A DNA stretch of 10,932 bases. Source: Fibrobacterota bacterium. Lineage in GTDB: Bacteria; Fibrobacterota; Fibrobacteria; UBA11236. Of the stretch, positions 1-7,772 are shown piece by piece. Both the position numbers and the translations under genes were made by a program. The stretch covers positions 1 through 10,932 of the forward strand of contig JAYUVP010000028.1 in assembly GCA_043753995.1 (NCBI GenBank). The letters run 5' to 3'. Each line of letters begins with the position of its first letter. The first letter of the stretch is position 1. The notes beneath the pieces are model-generated. The model was given only the letters and a program-made list of their open reading frames with translations. It searched no databases and was not told the DNA's origin.

Positions 1-1
1 A

Positions 2-1069
2 CTTCCGACAAGACAGGCACTGGCGCAGGTTTATGGAGTGGGCTCCCGCTGCGTTGGTAGAATACTTCGCGACCTTTCTGAACAAGACATCTTGGTAAGG
101 CGCGGACGCCATTATTTTCCAGCACCATCAACCGGTGGACACGGGGCTACCCATGTGCTGGTTGTCGTACGCTGCGATGCACGCGGCATCCTTCTTATGG
201 ATACCGAAAGAGAAGTTGATTTTCTTAAGGCGGTTCGCCGCGAGCTTGCGGAAAGAGGCCTTGAATTCCTTTCCCTGGGTTATTGCGGTGAAGGGTCCGG
301 ATGTTTTCTGAATCGGAGCGGCATTGAAATCGATCTTGCACAGCTGCGCGAGCCATTGCTGGGTGTCATCGTCTCGACTTGGTTAGTTACCGACCCGCTT
401 CGTTTGACCCATCGACTGGCAAAGCTTCGCCTGCCCATTTCGGCGTGGTGGGAGCACCCTTCTCGCCTATTTCCGCGCGGCAATTTTCCATTTGGATTTG
501 CAGGCTTCAACCTTTCGTTTGGAGAATCTGCGGGAACTGCCATGGGCAGATATCTCGCAAACCTCGGACGGCTCAAAGTCGCCTATATCTCCCCCTATCA
601 TGGCAATGAATGGTCGCGGGCTCGGTTGCGAGGACTGCGACAACATATCCTTGCCTGCGGAGGAAGCATCCGGGAGTTTTTGGATTCGGATGTTCACAGT
701 CCTTGGGAACTACTTCACCTGGGTGGACCTGAGATGCTGCAACGCAAGCTACTGCAAATGCTGAAGAACTCGGGCTTAACAGAAACCCAGACTTGGATTT
801 TCGCCAATGACAGCGCCGCCGCAGCCATGCACCAAATCCTCCGGGATCGAAAGGACCTGCGTCCCATGCTCGCCGGTTTCGACAATACCTCAGACAGTGA
901 GCGCCTTGGCTTCGACTCCTTCGAGTTTCATAATGATGGAATGGTCAGGCTAATGCTCCACCACTTGACCCATCCCAAGGCAGAGATTTTTTCCCGCAGG
1001 GAACTCCATGAAATGGTGGGCAGAATAGTGGTGCGTTCCACTACTGAGAACTGGTTACAAACGGGCTAA
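2..1069 (+). CDS. Transcriptional regulator, GntR-type winged HTH fused to a LacI/periplasmic-binding-protein-like effector domain (AraR-like architecture); 5'-truncated by the window edge
   Basis: The frame is open from nt 2, upstream of the GTG at 38 used by the ORF track, and reads LPTRQALAQVYGVGSRCVGRILRDLSEQDILVRRGR, a GntR-like HTH. The C-terminal half has LacI/PBP-type motifs: 'AGTAMGRYLANLGRLKVAYIS', 'SRARLRGL', 'IFANDSAAAAM', 'LAGFDN'. Stop TAA at 1067-1069. Confidence 0.85.
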   Translation, partial: LPTRQALAQVYGVGSRCVGRILRDLSEQDILVRRGRHYFPAPSTGGHGATHVLVVVRCDARGILLMDTEREVDFLKAVRRELAERGLEFLSLGYCGEGSGCFLNRSGIEIDLAQLREPLLGVIVSTWLVTDPLRLTHRLAKLRLPISAWWEHPSRLFPRGNFPFGFAGFNLSFGESAGTAMGRYLANLGRLKVAYISPYHGNEWSRARLRGLRQHILACGGSIREFLDSDVHSPWELLHLGGPEMLQRKLLQMLKNSGLTETQTWIFANDSAAAAMHQILRDRKDLRPMLAGFDNTSDSERLGFDSFEFHNDGMVRLMLHHLTHPKAEIFSRRELHEMVGRIVVRSTTENWLQTG

Positions 1070-1138
1070 ACGCGAAAACAAATGAATATCTTTGTTCCTG
1101 TATCCATTTCCCGATCTGTGAATAAAAAAGGTGAGTAA

Positions 1139-1825
1139 ATGATAAAGCTTTCACATGCTTTAATGCCTGTGGCCTCGATGCTGCTATTGACGACACTATT
1201 CACTTCGGTTCACGCCGAAACGACATCGAGCGATGCCAGTGAAAGCGATGAAACGATATCCGATGAAGCCGCCCAACCGCAAGTCAAATGGTTTCGTATT
1301 GCCGCCAAAGCAGGTAGCCCTGATTTCGCGGGATTTCAACTGGAGGGCATAGTACCAGGCATTGGCGAATGGCTCGGTATTTGGACGGGGTTCACGTATT
1401 TGCCCATTGGTAGCAGTCAATCCACCACGGATGGCCAAGTGAGCGAAACCAGTTCCGGTGGGCTCACCCATTTTGGAATCGGTGCGAATTTGTATTTGCC
1501 AGGTGAGGCAAAGGGTTTATTCGCTTCCATAGGATACGATCGGGTTTCTGCATTCCACGACGTCTCCTCTGGCACGAGTAACCAAACTAGTTGGGTGAAT
1601 CCGACTCAAATGACGTCTCTGCAATTGGGCTATCGCTATGTAGGGCGTATTTTCACCTTTTCCTTTGCGGGTGGATATGGGTTCAATTTTGGTTACTCGC
1701 GCCCGGACGTAGCGGACGATGACGACATTCTGTTTAGAAAAGGCGATTGGGTTTTATTCAATGGCTCCTTCGGCATTGCCCTTCCATTTACCCGCAGTCC
1801 CAAGCGGGCGCATCGGCGCCGCTGA
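1139..1825 (+). CDS. Putative small outer-membrane beta-barrel protein with signal peptide
   Basis: SD-like AAGGTGAG precedes ATG 1139. Sec signal ends in SVHA, followed by an acidic linker. Then come alternating amphipathic Gly/aromatic strands (FGIGANLYL, LFASIGY, SLQLGYRY, FSFAGGYGF, FNGSFGIALPF). Confidence 0.7.
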   Translation: MIKLSHALMPVASMLLLTTLFTSVHAETTSSDASESDETISDEAAQPQVKWFRIAAKAGSPDFAGFQLEGIVPGIGEWLGIWTGFTYLPIGSSQSTTDGQVSETSSGGLTHFGIGANLYLPGEAKGLFASIGYDRVSAFHDVSSGTSNQTSWVNPTQMTSLQLGYRYVGRIFTFSFAGGYGFNFGYSRPDVADDDDILFRKGDWVLFNGSFGIALPFTRSPKRAHRRR

Positions 1826-1841
1826 ATCATTCTACGGCGTT
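1815..1841. terminator. Hairpin between convergent genes (possible weak bidirectional terminator)
   Basis: GGCGCCG-ctgaatcattcta-CGGCGTT spans the OMP stop and the 28-nt convergent gap. There is no U-tract on either strand. Confidence 0.3.
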
Positions 1842-1853
1842 AGCGCAAGTGAT

Positions 1854-4800
1854 CTATCTCTCCCGAATCACACCCCAGATTTGGTCCAGCTTCCCGGATA
1901 CCGGTGTCGTCTCTCCGACCCGTATCTTGTATTGCAGCCGAACGATATAGGCACCCGTGGCCACCCTTTGCTTTTGTAGGGTGATGAAATTCCAACCGAT
2001 GAACAAGTAGCCGCGTTTGGCTCGACAATCGCCGCCATACAAATCGTCTAGGCAGGAAATCACTCGCTTTTGCGATGCGACCGGAACTCCCAGATTCGTG
2101 AAATATTGGACCTGATATTCAAGGCTTACCTTGGCGGGATCGATGGCCGTGAAATTCTCAGCCTGGGTATAGTCGCCCAAATCCACCTTGACCAAATGCC
2201 CCAATCTTCCGGTGCTTTTGACCACCTCTTCGACCGGAACATTGGACAGCACATGCGTCACAGTGAAGACTTCGGTATAGGTCGCAATTAAATCTGGATC
2301 TGCATGCTTCAAGGTTACGGTTTTGATTTCGGCGCTCTTCACTCCGGTGATGAGGCGTAAACGGGAATTGGAGCCGGGCGAATTCCCAGCCACATCGGCA
2401 AGACGACCGGGCCCATTCATTATTCGGATCACATTTCCAGATCGAGGAGCCTCGGAAGAACCAGTGGGAAAGATAAGACCGACCAGGTCGCGGGATGCAT
2501 TCCACACCGCGGCGACCGGATCGTATTGGAGGTCGACGCCGTTTTGAGTCAGGCGGTACACGAACAAATCCTTCGCCCCAAGGGTATTGGGCGCCACGGT
2601 TTCGCTGAATTGTAGACGAAGGGTATCGAAGGCCTGGCCCCGAACCATCACCGCCGAAAGCAGCACGGGCGCGATTCCGTCAATCAAGGGAATGGATTGA
2701 GTTGAGTCTTTGCCGCGACCCGCATAGGTGGAGACATACACACCAATACCCGACGTAACTATTTGCGTTGATAACTTGCCGGTATAGGTGAAGGCCGTGC
2801 CTACCGCGCCGGGGGCCAGCTTGTCGAAAGGAACCCCCACAGGATCGGCAGTTGCTGGCCAACGGAAAGACACGGCCTTGGGCGGCAGGGCCGAGATATC
2901 GCGATCGTAAACCGCTACGATTTTGTCGACCATGCCATCTGCATCGTCGTCAAAGGCGGTTGCGGAAGTGGCGGTGGGCAAGTCCAAGGGCGGCAACTTG
3001 AAGGTCAACTTCACCGATTGGGTGGAAATGGGGATGACGACGGAGAGGATACCGGTCACATCGGTGATGGCCCCATTGCCTCCAGTCACCCACAGAGTAT
3101 CGAGGCCATTGGCTTCGGTGGATAATTCCACTTTACCTTTCAAAGGCTGAGTCTTCGCTTTGTCGGAATACACTTCCAAGGAGGCGGGAATATCGACCGT
3201 GTATTTAGCGGATCCCGTGGGAGGGTTGTCCAAATAGCGATTGGCGGCGACCACCGGCACCAAGGACCCCGCAGGCGCTTCGACGACAAAGGGTGGCTCA
3301 AATTGGACTTGGTTGCGCGCCGGAATGGTAAATCGCACTTCATCCTGAAGCTTGGAATTGGCCTGTTCATAATAAACGATTCGATACGTGCCGGCGGGCA
3401 AGGTCGTAATCTTCGAAGTATCCACGGTCACCTTCGGCGATTGAATGGTGATGCCGCCCAAGGACAAGCCTTCACCGAGATCTTGGACCTTGACACCGCC
3501 CCCGGTGAAAAGGGTGAAGACCAATTTATCCGGATCGACTTCCTTGAGTGAATCGGCAGAGCTGCCGCAGGAGCCCGTTCCACCCACGCGCTTGAGGATG
3601 CGGTAGCCGGTGGTGCCATCGGGATTTTGAACTTCCACGTGATCGAGGGCGCGCTGCTGCTTGAAGAAAATGGAGGTCTTGATGCGCAATGAAGAGCCGC
3701 AGGGTTGCCGTTCGCAGTAAAAGAAATCCCAGGTGTATTCCTTGTTTTCAATCAAGCCCAAGGTATCGAGATTGACGCTATCGGGTTTCGCTTCGTGAAT
3801 TCCCCCCAAATCGATCACCAGCTTGTTATTGATAAAGACCCAGACATCGTCGTCGCCACGAAAGGAAAAGGTCTGCCCCTTGGTATAGATGAACTTGGCA
3901 TGGGACTCCATGCAGAAATTCATATTGTGCGGAGGTTGATCGGTTTTGTATTGACCTAACGGATCGACATAGCACGATTTCGTGGTATTCTCATTGTGCT
4001 TGTTGAAATCATCGATGGGCCAAAAGCCCCGGTTCGGCGTGCGATAGGAGTCGAATTCCCACATCCCGTCTCCGGTTTTGCCCATGGGAATATCGACACA
4101 GGTTTCATAACTGCGTTTGGCCGGGTCAGCATTGGTTTCATCGGTTTTCCACCAGGATTCGAAATCGTTGAAAATATTGGTGCCGCCAGCCATGCCAGGC
4201 ACCGAAGAACGAACCGGACGTCTATCGGTGATACGCAGGTTTTTTTCCACGGCACCTTTGATCAAGGCATTGCCGAGGGGAGAGGAAAAATCGAAATCCA
4301 GATTGTTCAGGCTGAAATCGCGGACGGTGGCGGCCATCTGGTATTCGCATAGCCCGATTTTGCCAGGCCAATCTTTGGACCAGGCATTGGCATCTTTATC
4401 CAGCCACAAGGTATTGCCCTTGGCCGCGAACTCGGCGGCGAGATTGTAGGGATCGGTGGAGCTATATCCGCCGCGACCAAAGGTTTCCGCTCCGGAAACC
4501 TCGGCGAAATAGAATTGGTCTTCTTCGGGTTTGATCAAAAAAGCCGTGAACCAACCGCAAATGGAATCGATGGTGAGCATGTTCTTTTTTCCGCCCGCAT
4601 AGACCAAGGTCGGTGCCGTGGTGGGCCACGGATTCAGCACATTCACGATTTTCGGTGGTGCAGTCAATATTGCCGGAGCGGACGTGCGGGGCAAGGATGG
4701 ATCGAGAATAATCCACAATTCGGAGCCGCCTTTGAAATCGTCGGCGGTATAGGACCCCGTTCCACCCAATCCCGTACGCCCCAAGGCCCAACTTCCTTGT

Positions 4801-5066
4801 CCATAATTACTGCGGATATTGAAATCCTTGAGCCAATCGCCGGGTACAATGGTTGAGGTTATGGTCAAACTCACCCAATTGCCGGAATCGGCTTTCATGC
4901 GGTAACCCGTACCGCTCAAATCGGTAAAGACTGAATCTCCGGGAACCGGGTTGTAGACATGGATGGTTTTTCCAGTCAAGGGACTACCCGCTTGGCCATG
5001 AATGGTCACGGCGGCCATCAAGCCAAGCATGAGCAGGTAACCGAAAACATTGCGTGCAATTGCCAT
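1854..5066 (-). CDS. Fibro-slime domain-containing secreted/surface protein (~1070 aa; PA14-related domain, Ig-like stalk, C-terminal secretion-type domain)
   Basis: Fibro-slime core at ~3669-3929: HNMNFCMESHAKFIY..FSFRGDDDVWVFINNKLVIDLGGIH..LGL..DFFYCER..SSLRIKTSI, with an upstream VRDF..DF motif. The ATG at 5066 starts a signal peptide (MAIARNVFGYLLMLGLMAAVTIHG); GTG 5087 is an alternative start. Also a DxDxDG Ca-binding motif (2925-2951), an Ig-like DxxAP..FSE..DxAGN module, and a C-terminal YFTNLG..WN..VATGAYIV..WGVIR domain. Confidence 0.9.
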   Translation of the reverse strand: MAIARNVFGYLLMLGLMAAVTIHGQAGSPLTGKTIHVYNPVPGDSVFTDLSGTGYRMKADSGNWVSLTITSTIVPGDWLKDFNIRSNYGQGSWALGRTGLGGTGSYTADDFKGGSELWIILDPSLPRTSAPAILTAPPKIVNVLNPWPTTAPTLVYAGGKKNMLTIDSICGWFTAFLIKPEEDQFYFAEVSGAETFGRGGYSSTDPYNLAAEFAAKGNTLWLDKDANAWSKDWPGKIGLCEYQMAATVRDFSLNNLDFDFSSPLGNALIKGAVEKNLRITDRRPVRSSVPGMAGGTNIFNDFESWWKTDETNADPAKRSYETCVDIPMGKTGDGMWEFDSYRTPNRGFWPIDDFNKHNENTTKSCYVDPLGQYKTDQPPHNMNFCMESHAKFIYTKGQTFSFRGDDDVWVFINNKLVIDLGGIHEAKPDSVNLDTLGLIENKEYTWDFFYCERQPCGSSLRIKTSIFFKQQRALDHVEVQNPDGTTGYRILKRVGGTGSCGSSADSLKEVDPDKLVFTLFTGGGVKVQDLGEGLSLGGITIQSPKVTVDTSKITTLPAGTYRIVYYEQANSKLQDEVRFTIPARNQVQFEPPFVVEAPAGSLVPVVAANRYLDNPPTGSAKYTVDIPASLEVYSDKAKTQPLKGKVELSTEANGLDTLWVTGGNGAITDVTGILSVVIPISTQSVKLTFKLPPLDLPTATSATAFDDDADGMVDKIVAVYDRDISALPPKAVSFRWPATADPVGVPFDKLAPGAVGTAFTYTGKLSTQIVTSGIGVYVSTYAGRGKDSTQSIPLIDGIAPVLLSAVMVRGQAFDTLRLQFSETVAPNTLGAKDLFVYRLTQNGVDLQYDPVAAVWNASRDLVGLIFPTGSSEAPRSGNVIRIMNGPGRLADVAGNSPGSNSRLRLITGVKSAEIKTVTLKHADPDLIATYTEVFTVTHVLSNVPVEEVVKSTGRLGHLVKVDLGDYTQAENFTAIDPAKVSLEYQVQYFTNLGVPVASQKRVISCLDDLYGGDCRAKRGYLFIGWNFITLQKQRVATGAYIVRLQYKIRVGETTPVSGKLDQIWGVIRER

Positions 5067-5083
5067 CCTATTTTCCCGCGAAT

Positions 5084-7564
5084 TCACCGTAAGATTATTC
5101 GATTCGTCACATTTCTCCCCGTCAAATCGCGCAACTCCAAATCATCGGATCCTCGCAGGATCAGGCCATGACCGCCTTTCAACAAGGTTGGCTTGCCTGA
5201 TTGCATCCAGTTGGATTTGTTGGCTTTTCGAAACGAGGCGATGGCAGACGTCGAGGCCATGATGGAGACATTGTCTAGTTGCACCGTGGTGCCAGCGGCA
5301 CTGGGGCCGCCGATATCGAAGGAGAGCTTACCCGACTCGGTGGAGTCGGAGACGAAGGTGTAAGTGTATTTCGTGCTCGTGGTTGTGAGACTCACCGACT
5401 TGTCGATGGCTCCTAGATTAGCATAGACCTTGATGCTGCGGGCCGCGCTGGCCGAAGCGTCGAAAGACAGAGTGTAGCTCGTGCCCTTTACGAAAGGCAC
5501 GGCGGTCTGAAAGATCTGCACATTCCAAGTGTCGGTGCCACCATTTGTCACGGCAAAGGAGAAGATGCCGTTTTGCACCGAGGGTGTTCCCGCGGCCGCT
5601 CCGTCTTGGCTCCAAGCTGAAGGCGTCCATCCGGTGGTGCTATTGGAGAAATCGCCATTGGTGATCAGGTTGGATGCCGAGAGGAATATGGCCTGAACCG
5701 TGCGCGGAGCATCCATGGTCACGGAAAGAGCTGGGGTTTTGCCAGAACCATCGCGGGCCCAGCCGCCGAAGGTCCAGCCATCGGAAGGCACGGCGGTGAG
5801 ATTCACCACGGTTCCACGAGGAATGAGGGCCGTGCGAATCGAACGATTGACCGAGCCCTGGCCGACCACCTCGATTTGAAGCGTCACAAGGTCGGAAGTG
5901 GGCAAGGTGACCTGGGCATCGGTAGAGACCAAGAAGTGGGTCGCCGAAGTGGCTGGAAGGATGTAGTCGAATCCCGAGGCGGTGACGCTGGTAGGAGCGG
6001 TCAGTTTGGTGATCACCGAATCTTGAGAGAAGCCGTAAGCCAACGCGGATTGCCATGCCTTACCGGAAAGCGCGAAAGTCATGGGTTGAGCCGTCGCCGA
6101 CTTGTTGATCGCGACCACGTGCAGGAGCTTCGGATTCTTTGAATCAAGACTCGCATAGGTGGAAAAGACCGCGCTGTCGGGATTGTCGGTCTTCACATAG
6201 GTATCGCCGAAGCCATTTCCCTTGCCGTCGAAATTACGGTAAAGACGGAAAGCCGCCGCCAAGTAGCCCGAGAATGTCGTGTGGACATTGGCCGCCTCGA
6301 GGTTGAGCTTGCCGAATACGCCAAGCACGTCAGCTTGCGCCAGCGCTCCGGACCAATGGTTTTCGCCGCCATAGTTGTATTCCGTCAGGGCCAAGCGCGT
6401 GCCGGGCCAGACCGTGTCGATGGACTTCAAAGTGCGATTGAGAATTTGCACCGGCTTGTTTCCGGTCATCGCGGAGGGAATCCAACTGTTTTCGAGGTAG
6501 GTGGTGTCCCATAACCCGCGCGGGGCTTGCAGGCGCGCTTCGATGTCTTTGGCCGTGCCGCCATTCTTCAGGCTGCCATCATTGATACGCGCATCGCCTT
6601 TGTCTTCGGGATACCAGTGAATGGCCAGCACGTCGATCAAACGCTTGCCGGCCGCGTCGGAACGCGCCTTCATCTCACCCAGAAAGGCCGCAATGGCCCA
6701 GTTGTACTTGGAGGAATAGGATCCCCAGTCGGAGCATTCGGGTATGGAGCTCGCGGTTCCGGAATGGCACTTCCACATTTCCATGGCGCCAAAGCTTTCA
6801 AAGCCCATCACCTTGGCCGAAGGGTCGACGGCCTTGACCGCCTTCGCAGCGGCCTCGCTTTTATCCAGCAATTCCTTGAAGGTGAGGCTTTGAGGACGGA
6901 TGCGCGCATGGGTGCCTCCCCAAAGCGCCGGTTCATTGTCGAGCGCGTAATAGGGCACGCCGCCCTGGTCGGCCCGGCCGAACTTCGACACCAGATAGTT
7001 CACCTCTTCGTCCATGTAGACGAAGGAATCTGTCGTGACGGGCGTGAGACTGAAGGGGCTTCCTTTGGCGAAAACCACCTTTTTCCAGCGGCTGGAAGGC
7101 GCTATTTGTTCCGGGGTCACGGGGCCGCTACCGTCGGCGGCGACATAGCCCGCCAACTGGAGTTGCACGATGGGTTTGCGCCCCAATCCCAGGTTGCGGT
7201 CTGCAAATTGTCCCACCGAGCCGCCGCTGCCCGTGGGTGTGGGAAGGGGATTCTGAGTCAACCAGTTGTCGCTATTGTGCTGCCAATCCGATCCGGCGCT
7301 GGAGAAATTGTTTTCCCAGTTGTATGCGGTCATGCGATTGCCGCCCATGCGATCGGAGCCCAGCATGGCAGAATCGGCTGCCAAATAGGTTTCCTTGCTG
7401 GTAGACAAGGCGTTGATGCCATAAATGGCTGGGCTGATGGTATGGCCCGGGCTCTCAGCGTGGATCTTGATCGTGGTTGCAGCGGATGCCGATGTGGCCA
7501 TGGCGGCCAGGGAGAGCATGGCGAGGGGGACGGTTGTCTTCAAAAGGTTCTCCCGGAATTGCAT
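5084..7564 (-). CDS. Glycoside hydrolase family 44 (endoglucanase/xyloglucanase-like) + InlB-B/Flg_new-like repeat + CBM4/9 + C-terminal tail
   Basis: Strong SD GAGGAG precedes ATG 7564, preferred over 7597; signal peptide ends in ASA. GH44 motifs: ISPAIYG, RMGGNRMTAYNWENN.SSAGSDW, LDNEPALW (acid/base Glu 6932-6934), IHWYPE, RLQAPR.LWD.TY.E.SWI, LTEYNYGG (nucleophile Glu 6380-6382), ALAQADVLG.FG. Repeat 'GQGSV..GTVVNLTAVPSDGWTFGGW..VTMD..VQAIF' at ~5684-5887. CBM4/9 'NLITNGDF..GW..WNVQIFQ..GTSYTLSFDA..LDNVSI' at ~5258-5671. Confidence 0.93.
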   Translation of the reverse strand: MQFRENLLKTTVPLAMLSLAAMATSASAATTIKIHAESPGHTISPAIYGINALSTSKETYLAADSAMLGSDRMGGNRMTAYNWENNFSSAGSDWQHNSDNWLTQNPLPTPTGSGGSVGQFADRNLGLGRKPIVQLQLAGYVAADGSGPVTPEQIAPSSRWKKVVFAKGSPFSLTPVTTDSFVYMDEEVNYLVSKFGRADQGGVPYYALDNEPALWGGTHARIRPQSLTFKELLDKSEAAAKAVKAVDPSAKVMGFESFGAMEMWKCHSGTASSIPECSDWGSYSSKYNWAIAAFLGEMKARSDAAGKRLIDVLAIHWYPEDKGDARINDGSLKNGGTAKDIEARLQAPRGLWDTTYLENSWIPSAMTGNKPVQILNRTLKSIDTVWPGTRLALTEYNYGGENHWSGALAQADVLGVFGKLNLEAANVHTTFSGYLAAAFRLYRNFDGKGNGFGDTYVKTDNPDSAVFSTYASLDSKNPKLLHVVAINKSATAQPMTFALSGKAWQSALAYGFSQDSVITKLTAPTSVTASGFDYILPATSATHFLVSTDAQVTLPTSDLVTLQIEVVGQGSVNRSIRTALIPRGTVVNLTAVPSDGWTFGGWARDGSGKTPALSVTMDAPRTVQAIFLSASNLITNGDFSNSTTGWTPSAWSQDGAAAGTPSVQNGIFSFAVTNGGTDTWNVQIFQTAVPFVKGTSYTLSFDASASAARSIKVYANLGAIDKSVSLTTTSTKYTYTFVSDSTESGKLSFDIGGPSAAGTTVQLDNVSIMASTSAIASFRKANKSNWMQSGKPTLLKGGHGLILRGSDDLELRDLTGRNVTNRIILR

Positions 7565-7750
7565 TTGTCTCCTCAATTTGGGGGAAGCCCGGGACACGCA
7601 CAGGGAGAATTCGCGATCAAGCGTTTAGTGGATAGTCCAAGAGGGAGCGGCCATGGGGGTCATAGTCGATGGCACGAATGGGCTCTGGCATCTGAATTCC
7701 GATCTTTATGAAAAAGCAAAAGAATTGGAATCATGAAGAAACGGGGAAAG

Positions 7751-7772
7751 GAGCCGCCGTCCTTGGCGGTTT
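7751..7772. terminator. GC hairpin immediately downstream of the DUF4832 stop codon
   Basis: gagCCGCC-gtcctt-GGCGGttt. On the - strand it is followed by pyrimidine-rich CUCCUUUCCCCGUUUCUUC. The stem is short and the U-tract poor. Confidence 0.35.

Noticed and set aside
2925..2951. Dockerin (cellulosome) interpretation of the DxDxDG motif
   Set aside because: It is a single motif without the duplicated dockerin repeat or its helices, and no cohesins are visible.
1719..5262. Many short ORFs overlapping the fibro-slime gene
   Set aside because: Alternate-frame or antisense ORFs nested in or overlapping a clear long CDS.
7565..7597. ORF-track N-terminal extension of GH44 (MSRASPKLRRQ)
   Set aside because: A strong GAGGAG SD sits just before ATG 7564, which gives a normal signal peptide.
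6527..7711. 394-aa + strand ORF
   Set aside because: Antisense shadow of the GH44 gene, as expected from biased codon usage; no recognisable motifs.
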